Below are positions 1 to 7,457 of a stretch of DNA of 38,618 bases, piece by piece. Below the pieces are notes generated by a model. The model saw only the letters and a list, made by a program, of their open reading frames with translations. It searched no databases and was not told the origin of the DNA. Position 1 is the stretch's first letter; each line of letters begins with the position of its first letter. The position numbers and the translations under genes were made by a program. This DNA is from Hyphomicrobiales bacterium. GTDB lineage: Bacteria; Pseudomonadota; Alphaproteobacteria; Rhizobiales; Beijerinckiaceae. The DNA lies in assembly GCA_025363375.1 (NCBI GenBank), contig JANYDZ010000159.1:1-38618 (forward strand). The letters run 5' to 3'.

Positions 1-765
1 GTGATCGGCGGCATTCGCGGCAAGCCGGTTGATCTCGTGAAGGCGCCCATCACGGGCCTGCCCGTGCCCGCCGACGCTGAAATCGTCATTGAAGGTTTTG
101 TGCAACCGGGCAATGTGAAGCCCGAAGGGCCCTTCGGCGAATGGTTCGGCTATTACGGGTCGGACGTGCGCGATGAACCGGTGATGGACATCAAGGCGAT
201 CTATCACCGCAACAATCCAATCCTTCTTGGTTGCGCGCCGCAACGTCCGCCGGACGAGATCGCGCGTTACCGCGCGCTGACGCGCTCGGCCATCGTGCGG
301 GAGAACATCACAAAAGCCGGCGTGCCCGACGTGACGGCCGTGTGGGCGCATGAAATCGGCACAGCGCGGCTGTTGCTCGCCGTCGCGATCAAGCAACGTT
401 ACGGCGGGCACGCCAAGCAGGCGGGTCATGTCGCGTGCATGTGCCATTCCGGCGCTTACGCCGGACGTTATGTCATCGTCGTCGACGACGATATCGATGT
501 ATCCAACCTCGAAGAAGTCGTCTGGGCGATGTTGACGCGCTCGGATCCCGCGACTTCGATCGACATCATCACCAACGCCTGGTCGACGCCGCTCGATCCG
601 CGCATCGAGCCGGAACGCAAGGCGAGGGGGGACTTCACCAACAGCCGCGCGATCATCGATTGCTGCAAGCCCTTCTGGTGGAAGGACAAGTACCCAAAGG
701 TGAATCAGCCGTCGCAAGAGGCGCGCAAGCTGGCCCGCGAGCGCTTCGGCTATCTGCTGAAATGA
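1..765 (+). CDS. UbiD-family (prFMN-dependent) decarboxylase, C-terminal part; 5' end lies outside the window
   Basis: VPADAEIVIEG, EGPFGEWFGYY catalytic motif, VIVVDDDID..NLEEVVWAMLTRSDP and TPLDP are UbiD hallmarks. The frame is open from base 1. Confidence 0.93.
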   Translation: MIGGIRGKPVDLVKAPITGLPVPADAEIVIEGFVQPGNVKPEGPFGEWFGYYGSDVRDEPVMDIKAIYHRNNPILLGCAPQRPPDEIARYRALTRSAIVRENITKAGVPDVTAVWAHEIGTARLLLAVAIKQRYGGHAKQAGHVACMCHSGAYAGRYVIVVDDDIDVSNLEEVVWAMLTRSDPATSIDIITNAWSTPLDPRIEPERKARGDFTNSRAIIDCCKPFWWKDKYPKVNQPSQEARKLARERFGYLLK

Positions 766-785
766 CCCCGTTCGCGCCCGATCCG

Positions 786-1979
786 CTATTTCTTTTTCGC
801 CAGCATGACGCCGTTGATGCGGGCGGGCCTGCCATCGTAATCGAATATATTCGTGGCGCTTTCAAAGAAGTTGAACGGCACCTTGAATCCGATGGCCTTG
901 GCGCGACGGAAGTTGAGCGCGATGTCCGGCGGCGAAACGAGTCCAACCTTCAAAAGCCCCGCCTCGCTCTTTTTTTCGATGATGTCCGCCGCGTAGATCG
1001 CCGCGAGATGCGCGTTGCTTTCAAAGCTCACGCCGATGGACAATACAGCGCTGTCGTCGCCTTCCTTTACCACCTCGGGAACGACGCTCAACACCGGAAC
1101 ATTTGAAGCGTTTGCGTTGATGACGGCTATCTCGTTGAACACCGAAGTGCTGCCGGTGATCCAGAAAAAGCTGTTCTGCAAGGTCGGATCGTTGCGCTGC
1201 ATGAACACCACCGCGCGTTTGACGAGATCCTGAAGCTCCTCGCGCGCGCGCTTGGGTTCCTTCACCCCCAGCTGCAGCACGCGAATGCCGCGTGAATTGC
1301 CGTACTCGCTGACCGGTTTGGCTTGCGTTTCCACCGCGCTGATGTTCGTGTCGTCGACGAGCACCGCGATATGTTTGAGATTGGGACGCAGTTGATGGAC
1401 GTAGCCCATCTGCGCGTCGATCGGCATGTTCAGCGAAGTAAAGGCGAAGTTTGTCCCCGACCCCACATCGTACGAGGGCATCTGGGAAAGCGTGACGGGA
1501 TCCTTGGCGCAGACGCTGAGCACCGGAATCTTGCCGCCCTTGTATTCCTGCCACATCATCGCGATCGATTCCGAGCCCATGGCCAGGATCAGATCGACAT
1601 TGTTGGCCTCGGCTTCCCGCACGACGGCGCGGGCGCGCTCGATCGAGCCCGAATAATTCACGACGTCGATCCAGACCGCGAGATTCTTGTCGTCCAGAAC
1701 TTCGAGCATCTTGGTGATCGCCGTGTCGTAGGCCGAGGACGCGCGCGGGTAGAGAACCAGCATTCGGCGCCCGGAACTGATTTCCATTCCAAGCGGCCTG
1801 ATCAAGACGCGATCCGGCGTTCCCTCGACTTCGCTGACATTCCACTCGCGTTCAACTTCGCCTCCGAATTTGAACCAATTGGTGTAAGCTGGCCGCGGCT
1901 GCGCGCGAGCGGGGACGCCCGCGAGCATCGTTCCGCCCACCAGTCCTAGCGCGCCGCGGCGCGTGATAATTCCGCTCAT
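786..1979 (-). CDS. Tat-exported periplasmic solute-binding protein (ABC_sub_bind / type I periplasmic binding fold)
   Basis: Twin-arginine signal TRRGALGLVGG...ARA|Q. DLILAMGS, IPVLS..AKDP, RPNLKHIAVLVD, SIGVSFESNA and IALNFRRAKAIGFKVP match the ABC_sub_bind pattern. ATGA overlap with the upstream MFS stop, plus a GAGG SD. Confidence 0.85.
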   Translation of the reverse strand: MSGIITRRGALGLVGGTMLAGVPARAQPRPAYTNWFKFGGEVEREWNVSEVEGTPDRVLIRPLGMEISSGRRMLVLYPRASSAYDTAITKMLEVLDDKNLAVWIDVVNYSGSIERARAVVREAEANNVDLILAMGSESIAMMWQEYKGGKIPVLSVCAKDPVTLSQMPSYDVGSGTNFAFTSLNMPIDAQMGYVHQLRPNLKHIAVLVDDTNISAVETQAKPVSEYGNSRGIRVLQLGVKEPKRAREELQDLVKRAVVFMQRNDPTLQNSFFWITGSTSVFNEIAVINANASNVPVLSVVPEVVKEGDDSAVLSIGVSFESNAHLAAIYAADIIEKKSEAGLLKVGLVSPPDIALNFRRAKAIGFKVPFNFFESATNIFDYDGRPARINGVMLAKKK

Positions 1980-4381
1980 TTGGAGGCCTCAGTGTTATAG
2001 TCCGGCATGTCGATTGACCGCGCGGTTGTCACGAATATGAAGCCGAACAGGAATATGCCGCCGGCGACCCAGCACAGCAAACTCCAGTTCTGGCCGAAAG
2101 TGGCGAACAGCACGCTCATGATCACAGGTCCCGTTACGTGGCCGATCCGCTCGACAAACCGGTAGGTGGCCGCAACGGACGTGGCGCCAAGGCGCGCCGA
2201 GATGGGCGCGTCCGCCACGTGCGTGATGACCGGCGCGTTGATGAGGCCGTGAGACAAGCCGACCACGCAAACGCCGATGATCAGCATCGTCGTGGCGCCA
2301 ATCGGCGCGATGCGCCAATCAAGCGCGGGAGACCACACGTTCGCCGCGATCAGGAGCATGCCCGCCGCGCTGAACACGGCGCCCCAGAACAGCATGTTTT
2401 CGATTCCACCTGTGCGGTCGACATAACGCGCGACAAAGTTGCTGACCAGAACGACGCTGCCGGCGTAGAGCATGATGATCTGACCGAGATCCTCCTGCGC
2501 AAAGCCTTGTTTCGACAAGAGCAACGGCAAGGCGAAGAGGATGACGCCGGTCATGACGGCCTTGGTGGGAACGCCAATGAGGCACATGGTGCGCAGGAAC
2601 TGACGATCCCTGAGCATATCCCAGAAATCGCGCATGATGCCCTGACTGCGGGCCAGCAGTTCGGCTTGCGGCGCGATGATGGAGGCGGGAACCGCTATCA
2701 TTGTGTAAAGCGCGGCCACCATGGCTATGATGGCGCCGAGCGAGAACACGCCCGTCATTCCAATATGCGTGATCAGCAAAGATCCGATCGCCATGCCCGA
2801 CAACATGCCTGCCTGATAGCCGAAGACGATGACGCCCGCGGCCTCGGTGCGCCGGTCCGAACGGCTGTTCGCCAAGGTATAGGACTGCACGCCGATGAAA
2901 AGCGCGCCCTGGCCGACGCCCGCGAGCGCCCTGGCGAGCATGACCATGGGAAAGCTCTGCGTCGTCGCCAGCAGAACGTAGGTCAGCCCCGACAGCAGGA
3001 GGCCGCCCACAATCAACTTGCGCGAACCGATGCGGCCTTCCATCCGGCCCGCGGGCAACAACGCCATGGCGAAGCAAAAATAATAGGCCATGAACGGCGC
3101 CGACGTGTAGGCGGACGAAATGCCGTAGGACGACACGACGTCGCGCATGAACTGCGGGAGAAACGCGTAGGTGAGATTCTCAAGAAAGACCGCGAGAAAA
3201 AACGCCGGCTTGACGAGACTGATCTCCGCGCCGCCTGTCCTGTCGTCCCTGCTTTGAGAATGCGACACGTGCAACCGCTGCAGCGCGCGCCCAAGCTCCA
3301 GGAAGAGCACCGCGAAGAAAGCGGACGCGATGAAAAGCGCCGCGAAATTTTTCACGCTTCGTCCAACCTGCCAATAAATTATGCTTTTGGGGATTTCGAC
3401 GGCGAGCATTGTTTTTTGGTCGGCGTTGTCGGGACTGAGTTGAACCGAAATCTGATAGACGCCGCTGCCAGCCTCCCAATTCTTGCCGGCGAGCTTCCTG
3501 TCGGTGTGGTAGAGGGCGCGCCCATCGACAACGATGGCCGCCGCGCTCACGTCGGGATTCAGGCGTTTGTAATCGATCAGCACCTCGTTGAGGCCCTCGA
3601 AGTCCTCAAGATTGAGCTTGAAAATGACGGCGTCGTCCAGACGTCCGCCCAAGGCGCCGGCGACGGCGCGCGCCTTGGATTGGGCTCCTTCCGAATACAG
3701 CGAAATCAGCGTTCCAATGACAAGCGACGCCACAAGCAGGAACAGGGCGCCAAACGTGACGCCGAGCCAGCGCCCGTTGGCCTCCTTCAGGCGGTGGCCA
3801 AAGAAGAATGTGAACAGAGAGAAGCCCACGGTTATGGCGAGAGCCAGAAACGCGACCGGTTGAAACGCGGCGTAAACGCGGGCGTCGAGCTTTTCGTACA
3901 ACATCGTAATGGCGACGTTGCCGACCTTTTCAAAGCGGTTTTTCAAGGGCAAAACAACTTGCAGGCGGTCGGAAGCGTCGCGAATTTCGAAGCGGTCGGA
4001 GGCGTGTTCGCGAACATGCGACAGAATCTTGACCTGGCCTTCGCCCGCTCCGAAAACGACTTGCCCCGCGTTGTCGACGACGCCGAGCCGCGCAACAGAT
4101 GAATCCGACGACAGGATGGGCTCGGCCAGCGTGGTGAAACCGGCGAACTGGCGGATTGGATATCCATTTCTCAGAAAGGATTCCATCGAATCCTGGATCA
4201 ACTCCGCCTGACCAACGAGCTTCTCGATCTGAAACTGTTCGTAGGTTCGGCGCGATTCGCCGTAACCGACATAGATCAGCAGCATAAACGACATGGCGGA
4301 GACGATGAAGCTCGTCACCGCGTCGATCAAGCGACTGGTCATTGAAACGGACTTATCATTGGTTGCTTCGGGCCCAGACAT
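1976..4381 (-). CDS. MFS transporter fused to an N-terminal region of 4 TM helices and two extracytoplasmic Cache/PAS-like domains
   Basis: Residues ~389-790 have about 12 hydrophobic segments with motif-A-like AGRMEGRIGSRK and LARALAGVGQG. Residues 22-363 read TM-soluble-TM-TM-soluble-TM. AGGA SD upstream. Confidence 0.85.
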   Translation of the reverse strand: MSGPEATNDKSVSMTSRLIDAVTSFIVSAMSFMLLIYVGYGESRRTYEQFQIEKLVGQAELIQDSMESFLRNGYPIRQFAGFTTLAEPILSSDSSVARLGVVDNAGQVVFGAGEGQVKILSHVREHASDRFEIRDASDRLQVVLPLKNRFEKVGNVAITMLYEKLDARVYAAFQPVAFLALAITVGFSLFTFFFGHRLKEANGRWLGVTFGALFLLVASLVIGTLISLYSEGAQSKARAVAGALGGRLDDAVIFKLNLEDFEGLNEVLIDYKRLNPDVSAAAIVVDGRALYHTDRKLAGKNWEAGSGVYQISVQLSPDNADQKTMLAVEIPKSIIYWQVGRSVKNFAALFIASAFFAVLFLELGRALQRLHVSHSQSRDDRTGGAEISLVKPAFFLAVFLENLTYAFLPQFMRDVVSSYGISSAYTSAPFMAYYFCFAMALLPAGRMEGRIGSRKLIVGGLLLSGLTYVLLATTQSFPMVMLARALAGVGQGALFIGVQSYTLANSRSDRRTEAAGVIVFGYQAGMLSGMAIGSLLITHIGMTGVFSLGAIIAMVAALYTMIAVPASIIAPQAELLARSQGIMRDFWDMLRDRQFLRTMCLIGVPTKAVMTGVILFALPLLLSKQGFAQEDLGQIIMLYAGSVVLVSNFVARYVDRTGGIENMLFWGAVFSAAGMLLIAANVWSPALDWRIAPIGATTMLIIGVCVVGLSHGLINAPVITHVADAPISARLGATSVAATYRFVERIGHVTGPVIMSVLFATFGQNWSLLCWVAGGIFLFGFIFVTTARSIDMPDYNTEASK

Positions 4382-4396
4382 GGCTGTTCCTGCGGT

Positions 4397-5584
4397 TCAG
4401 GTGAGAGCGAGGAGGCGGTCGGCCGAGCCTCGCCGTTGTGCAAAAAGAGTGTCGATTCGGTCGGCGAGCAGCGACAGGATCAAGTCGTCGTAACTCATCT
4501 TCTTCGCCGCCAGGCCAATGCTGATCAAGCTGGTCTGTTCGGGAGTTGGCGCCTTGAGGTCGGGCTTTGGATTGGCTTCAAGAATGAACAAGTCGCCCTT
4601 CGCGTCGGCGCGAACATCGAGACGCACAAGGGTTTCCAGCCCCAGCCCGACGTAAACGTCGCGCGCCAGCGCCGAGAGGCGGCGAAGAACGTCTCCGTCG
4701 GCGGTTTCTTCAAGCGGCCAGGCGCGACACGCGGTGATCGGCTTCACATCCATGGAGGTGAATATTTTTTCGCCCTCTTCAAAGGCGCGTTCAAGACCGC
4801 CAAAGACGAACGCATGTTCAAGCCTTTCGACGCGCCCGGCCCGAGCGATCACAGGCCCGCATACGGCAACGCAATATTCCCGGCCCGACAGATAACCTTC
4901 GATCAGAACATGATTGCTGGTGATGTCATAGACTTCCCGCGCGACGCGCGGAAGGTCCTCGACACTTTCAACATAGTTAACATTCAGCGAGGCGCGCCCG
5001 GACACCGGTTTGACAATGTAAGCCCCGCTCCACCCTTCGAAGGCGCGGGCGAAGGCGGGATCCTCTTCAAGACGAGGATAGCTGGAGGGATGCCAGGCGA
5101 CGAAGGGCGCGCTCGGCAGGCCCGAACCCATGATCTGACGCTTGAAAACATGCTTGTTGTCGAGCATCGCAGCGATGAGCGGATCGTGGCCGATGTAGGG
5201 CACGCCAAGCATTTCCAGCATCGAAGGCGCGTGCGCAACGGAGCTGTAGCCCTGAACGCCGCCCGTATTGAGCCAGGCGAGATGGCTTTGCGACTCGCGC
5301 AAGCGCTCAGGCAAATTCATGTCTTCCGGAATAACGACGACCTCCCGGCAGCCCAGCCGCGACAACGCGCCGGCGATGTCGCGCGCGACGGCTTCGTAGC
5401 TTTTCCATGAGCGCGGGTTGGAGGTTGGATACAGCACGGAGCCATCCAGCGACTTGTCGCCCGCATAGATGACGGCCATGCGCAGCCGCCGAAACATCTT
5501 TTCAATCTGGCGCTGCAATTCCTCGGCGCGCGTCCTGCGGAACGACGGCGGCGAAAAATGTGAAAGGCTCGGGGCGGCTAACAT
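4397..5584 (-). CDS. ATP-grasp ligase of the D-Ala-D-Ala ligase family, divergent and probably not a true Ddl
   Basis: LEMLGVPYIG, LDNKHVFK, YIVKPVSGRAS, VLIEGYLSGREY, RLDVR and ILEANPKP are Ddl-type ATP-grasp motifs. GGAG SD before the ATG. Confidence 0.88.
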   Translation of the reverse strand: MLAAPSLSHFSPPSFRRTRAEELQRQIEKMFRRLRMAVIYAGDKSLDGSVLYPTSNPRSWKSYEAVARDIAGALSRLGCREVVVIPEDMNLPERLRESQSHLAWLNTGGVQGYSSVAHAPSMLEMLGVPYIGHDPLIAAMLDNKHVFKRQIMGSGLPSAPFVAWHPSSYPRLEEDPAFARAFEGWSGAYIVKPVSGRASLNVNYVESVEDLPRVAREVYDITSNHVLIEGYLSGREYCVAVCGPVIARAGRVERLEHAFVFGGLERAFEEGEKIFTSMDVKPITACRAWPLEETADGDVLRRLSALARDVYVGLGLETLVRLDVRADAKGDLFILEANPKPDLKAPTPEQTSLISIGLAAKKMSYDDLILSLLADRIDTLFAQRRGSADRLLALT

Positions 5585-5699
5585 GCGGACTCCAGAAACG
5601 AACGCAATACTCGCCGTCCGTAACCAGATGATGCCGTTAAATTCTTCCCAAACTTTTAATGCCGCGTTTCAGCGATCCTAATAATCCGGGCATTCTTCG

Positions 5700-5718
5700 G
5701 TAAGGTTGGATTAACCAT
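5700..5718. promoter_or_regulatory. Putative CtrA-binding site upstream of the ATP-grasp operon
   Basis: GTAA-GGTTGGA-TTAACCAT: one mismatch to TTAA-N7-TTAAC and contains the TTAACCAT half-site. It lies ~115 bp upstream of the ATG at 5584. Confidence 0.5.
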
Positions 5719-6036
5719 TGGCAAATCCGCCAACGCATACCGGGACGCCAGGCACGCGACGTCAACTCCCGGCGCCGCCCGGAGCGATCGACGGCCGGCC
5801 TCGCAAGGTTGAATACATATTGCCGAACACGAGGATATCGATTCGCACCTGGAGGGGTCGTGGCGGGCGGTCGGGCCGCACGCAATCCGGGATTTCCCGG
5901 ACATTTGGCGCGGAGCTTTTTACACGGCGCCGTCAACAAATTTTGCGCGCTTTGCTCTGGAATGCGCAAATTTACGTTTCGTCAACCATTTCATTCGCAA
6001 CGGCTCGCTTCCAACGCCGTCGTTGCGACGCACAGA

Positions 6037-7380
6037 TCAACCCTCGACAGTCGGCAAATCCCGCGGTCCCGGCAGACTGTCGATGTTCCGCAGCATGTCG
6101 AACATGCGTTTCTGTTCCGCCGGCGCCAACGCGCCGCCCGTGCAGTCCGCGAACTTTGTCCAAATGGCTTCCGCCGGCGGCGGACGGCGCGCGTGGCCGA
6201 GAGGTTCGCGGAAACGCCGCTCGATCCGGCGGCCATCCTTCAGGGTGACGATCATGCCATCGCCTTCGCGGCCTTCGATGGGGATGTGTTTGCGATGGAC
6301 TTTCTTCATCAGCGACCGAATATCCGGGCGGGCGACGAAAGCTTCGTCGAATTCGGCGCGGGTGACCCGGCGCGCGATGATCGCCGCCGCCATGGCGAAT
6401 TCCATGCTGAACTTTGCGTCGAGCGCGTTCTTTGGGTCTGTGTGGACAAGATTAACGAATTGCAATCTGGAGGCCTCAACCTCGATCGCCTCGACATCAT
6501 CGGCGGCGAACGGCGTTTCCCGCAATTGCGCGAAAATCCCGTCCAGCGCCCGATGCGCGCCGTAGCACATCGGGAAAAGCTTGAAGCCGAGACCATGGGT
6601 TTCGATCCACCAGCGCGCGCGAAATTGCGCCGCGCGTTCCACGTCAACCTCGCCGCGCGGGGAAATCGCGCGCAGAAAACCAACGTCGTTTTCAAGGGAG
6701 TTCCCCGTGGCCGTCATGCCCGCCGCCGCGAGCCGCGCGGCAAGAACGCCGCTCTGGGCCGCGCGACCAGCGTGAAACGGCTTCGTCATTGAGCCGAAAT
6801 TGGCAACGACGCCCGCCGACATGGACGAGGCTATGGCGACGGCATGGGCGGCGCGATTCGCGTCGAGGCGATGCAAGCTGGCCGCCGCGGCGGCGGCGGC
6901 GATTGCGCCAAAAGTTCCGGTCGAGTGCCAGCCCTTCAAATGCGGAGGATCCTTGTCGCGCGAAGCCAGTTCGCCCCATGTCTCATAGGCCGCGACATAA
7001 GCAGTCAGCATGTCCTTGCCCGTCCGACCCAGGGTTTCGGCTTCGGCAAAAACCGCGGGAGCTATGGAGGCGGAGGGATGCGTCGGCTGGATGCCGACGA
7101 GGCCCACGTCGTCGTAATCCTGCGCGTGGGCGGCCGCGCCGTTGATAAGCGCCGCCTCGGGCGCCGTCGCGCAAACCGGGCCAAAGCAGACCCGCGAATC
7201 GCCTCCGCGCGGCGCGACGACCGAGGCGACAATGCGAGTGACGTCATCGTTGCGGCCCAGAATCGTCGCCGCCGTGTAATCTATAAAGCCGGCGCGCACC
7301 GAGGCGAGCCCCGCTTCGGGTATTTCCTCATACTTCAGGCTCGCGATAAAGGCGCCGACGTCTTGTGTGAGCGAGGTCAT
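6037..7380 (-). CDS. MmgE/PrpD family protein
   Basis: AALINGAAAHAQDYDD..THPS, GWHSTGTFG, MTKPFHAG, FKLFPMCYGAH and AKFSM motifs. Confidence 0.93.
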   Translation of the reverse strand: MTSLTQDVGAFIASLKYEEIPEAGLASVRAGFIDYTAATILGRNDDVTRIVASVVAPRGGDSRVCFGPVCATAPEAALINGAAAHAQDYDDVGLVGIQPTHPSASIAPAVFAEAETLGRTGKDMLTAYVAAYETWGELASRDKDPPHLKGWHSTGTFGAIAAAAAAASLHRLDANRAAHAVAIASSMSAGVVANFGSMTKPFHAGRAAQSGVLAARLAAAGMTATGNSLENDVGFLRAISPRGEVDVERAAQFRARWWIETHGLGFKLFPMCYGAHRALDGIFAQLRETPFAADDVEAIEVEASRLQFVNLVHTDPKNALDAKFSMEFAMAAAIIARRVTRAEFDEAFVARPDIRSLMKKVHRKHIPIEGREGDGMIVTLKDGRRIERRFREPLGHARRPPPAEAIWTKFADCTGGALAPAEQKRMFDMLRNIDSLPGPRDLPTVEG

Positions 7381-7393
7381 GAATCTGCCCTGA

Positions 7394-7408
7394 TTAACGG
7401 AAGATTAA
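7394..7408. promoter_or_regulatory. Putative CtrA-binding site (perfect TTAA-N7-TTAA)
   Basis: TTAA-CGGAAGA-TTAA, 13 bp upstream of the MmgE/PrpD start, with a GANTC (GAATC) at 7381-7385. Confidence 0.5.
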
Positions 7409-7457
7409 GGATTGAAGTCAGGCTAGCGCAAGGCTCCGCGCGCGCCAAGCGGTTCCA

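Noticed and set aside
2138-4102. 654-aa plus-strand ORF opposite the MFS gene (likewise 10759-12315, 15378-17054, 32811-34706 and 34827-37031)
   Set aside because: Antisense shadows of real genes in high-GC DNA: Arg/Ala/Gly-rich, with no recognisable motifs.
4397-5584. Calling the ligase ddl or vanA/vanB
   Set aside because: The D-Ala-binding motifs are missing and there are no mur/fts or vanHX/vanRS neighbours.
5637-5969. Small minus-strand ORFs (110 aa and a Cys-rich 82 aa) as possible precursor peptides for the ATP-grasp enzyme
   Set aside because: No SD and no graspetide-like repeated core. They run over the apparent promoter elements, and the enzyme is Ddl-like rather than RimK/MvdD-like. 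Not fully excluded without ribosome profiling.
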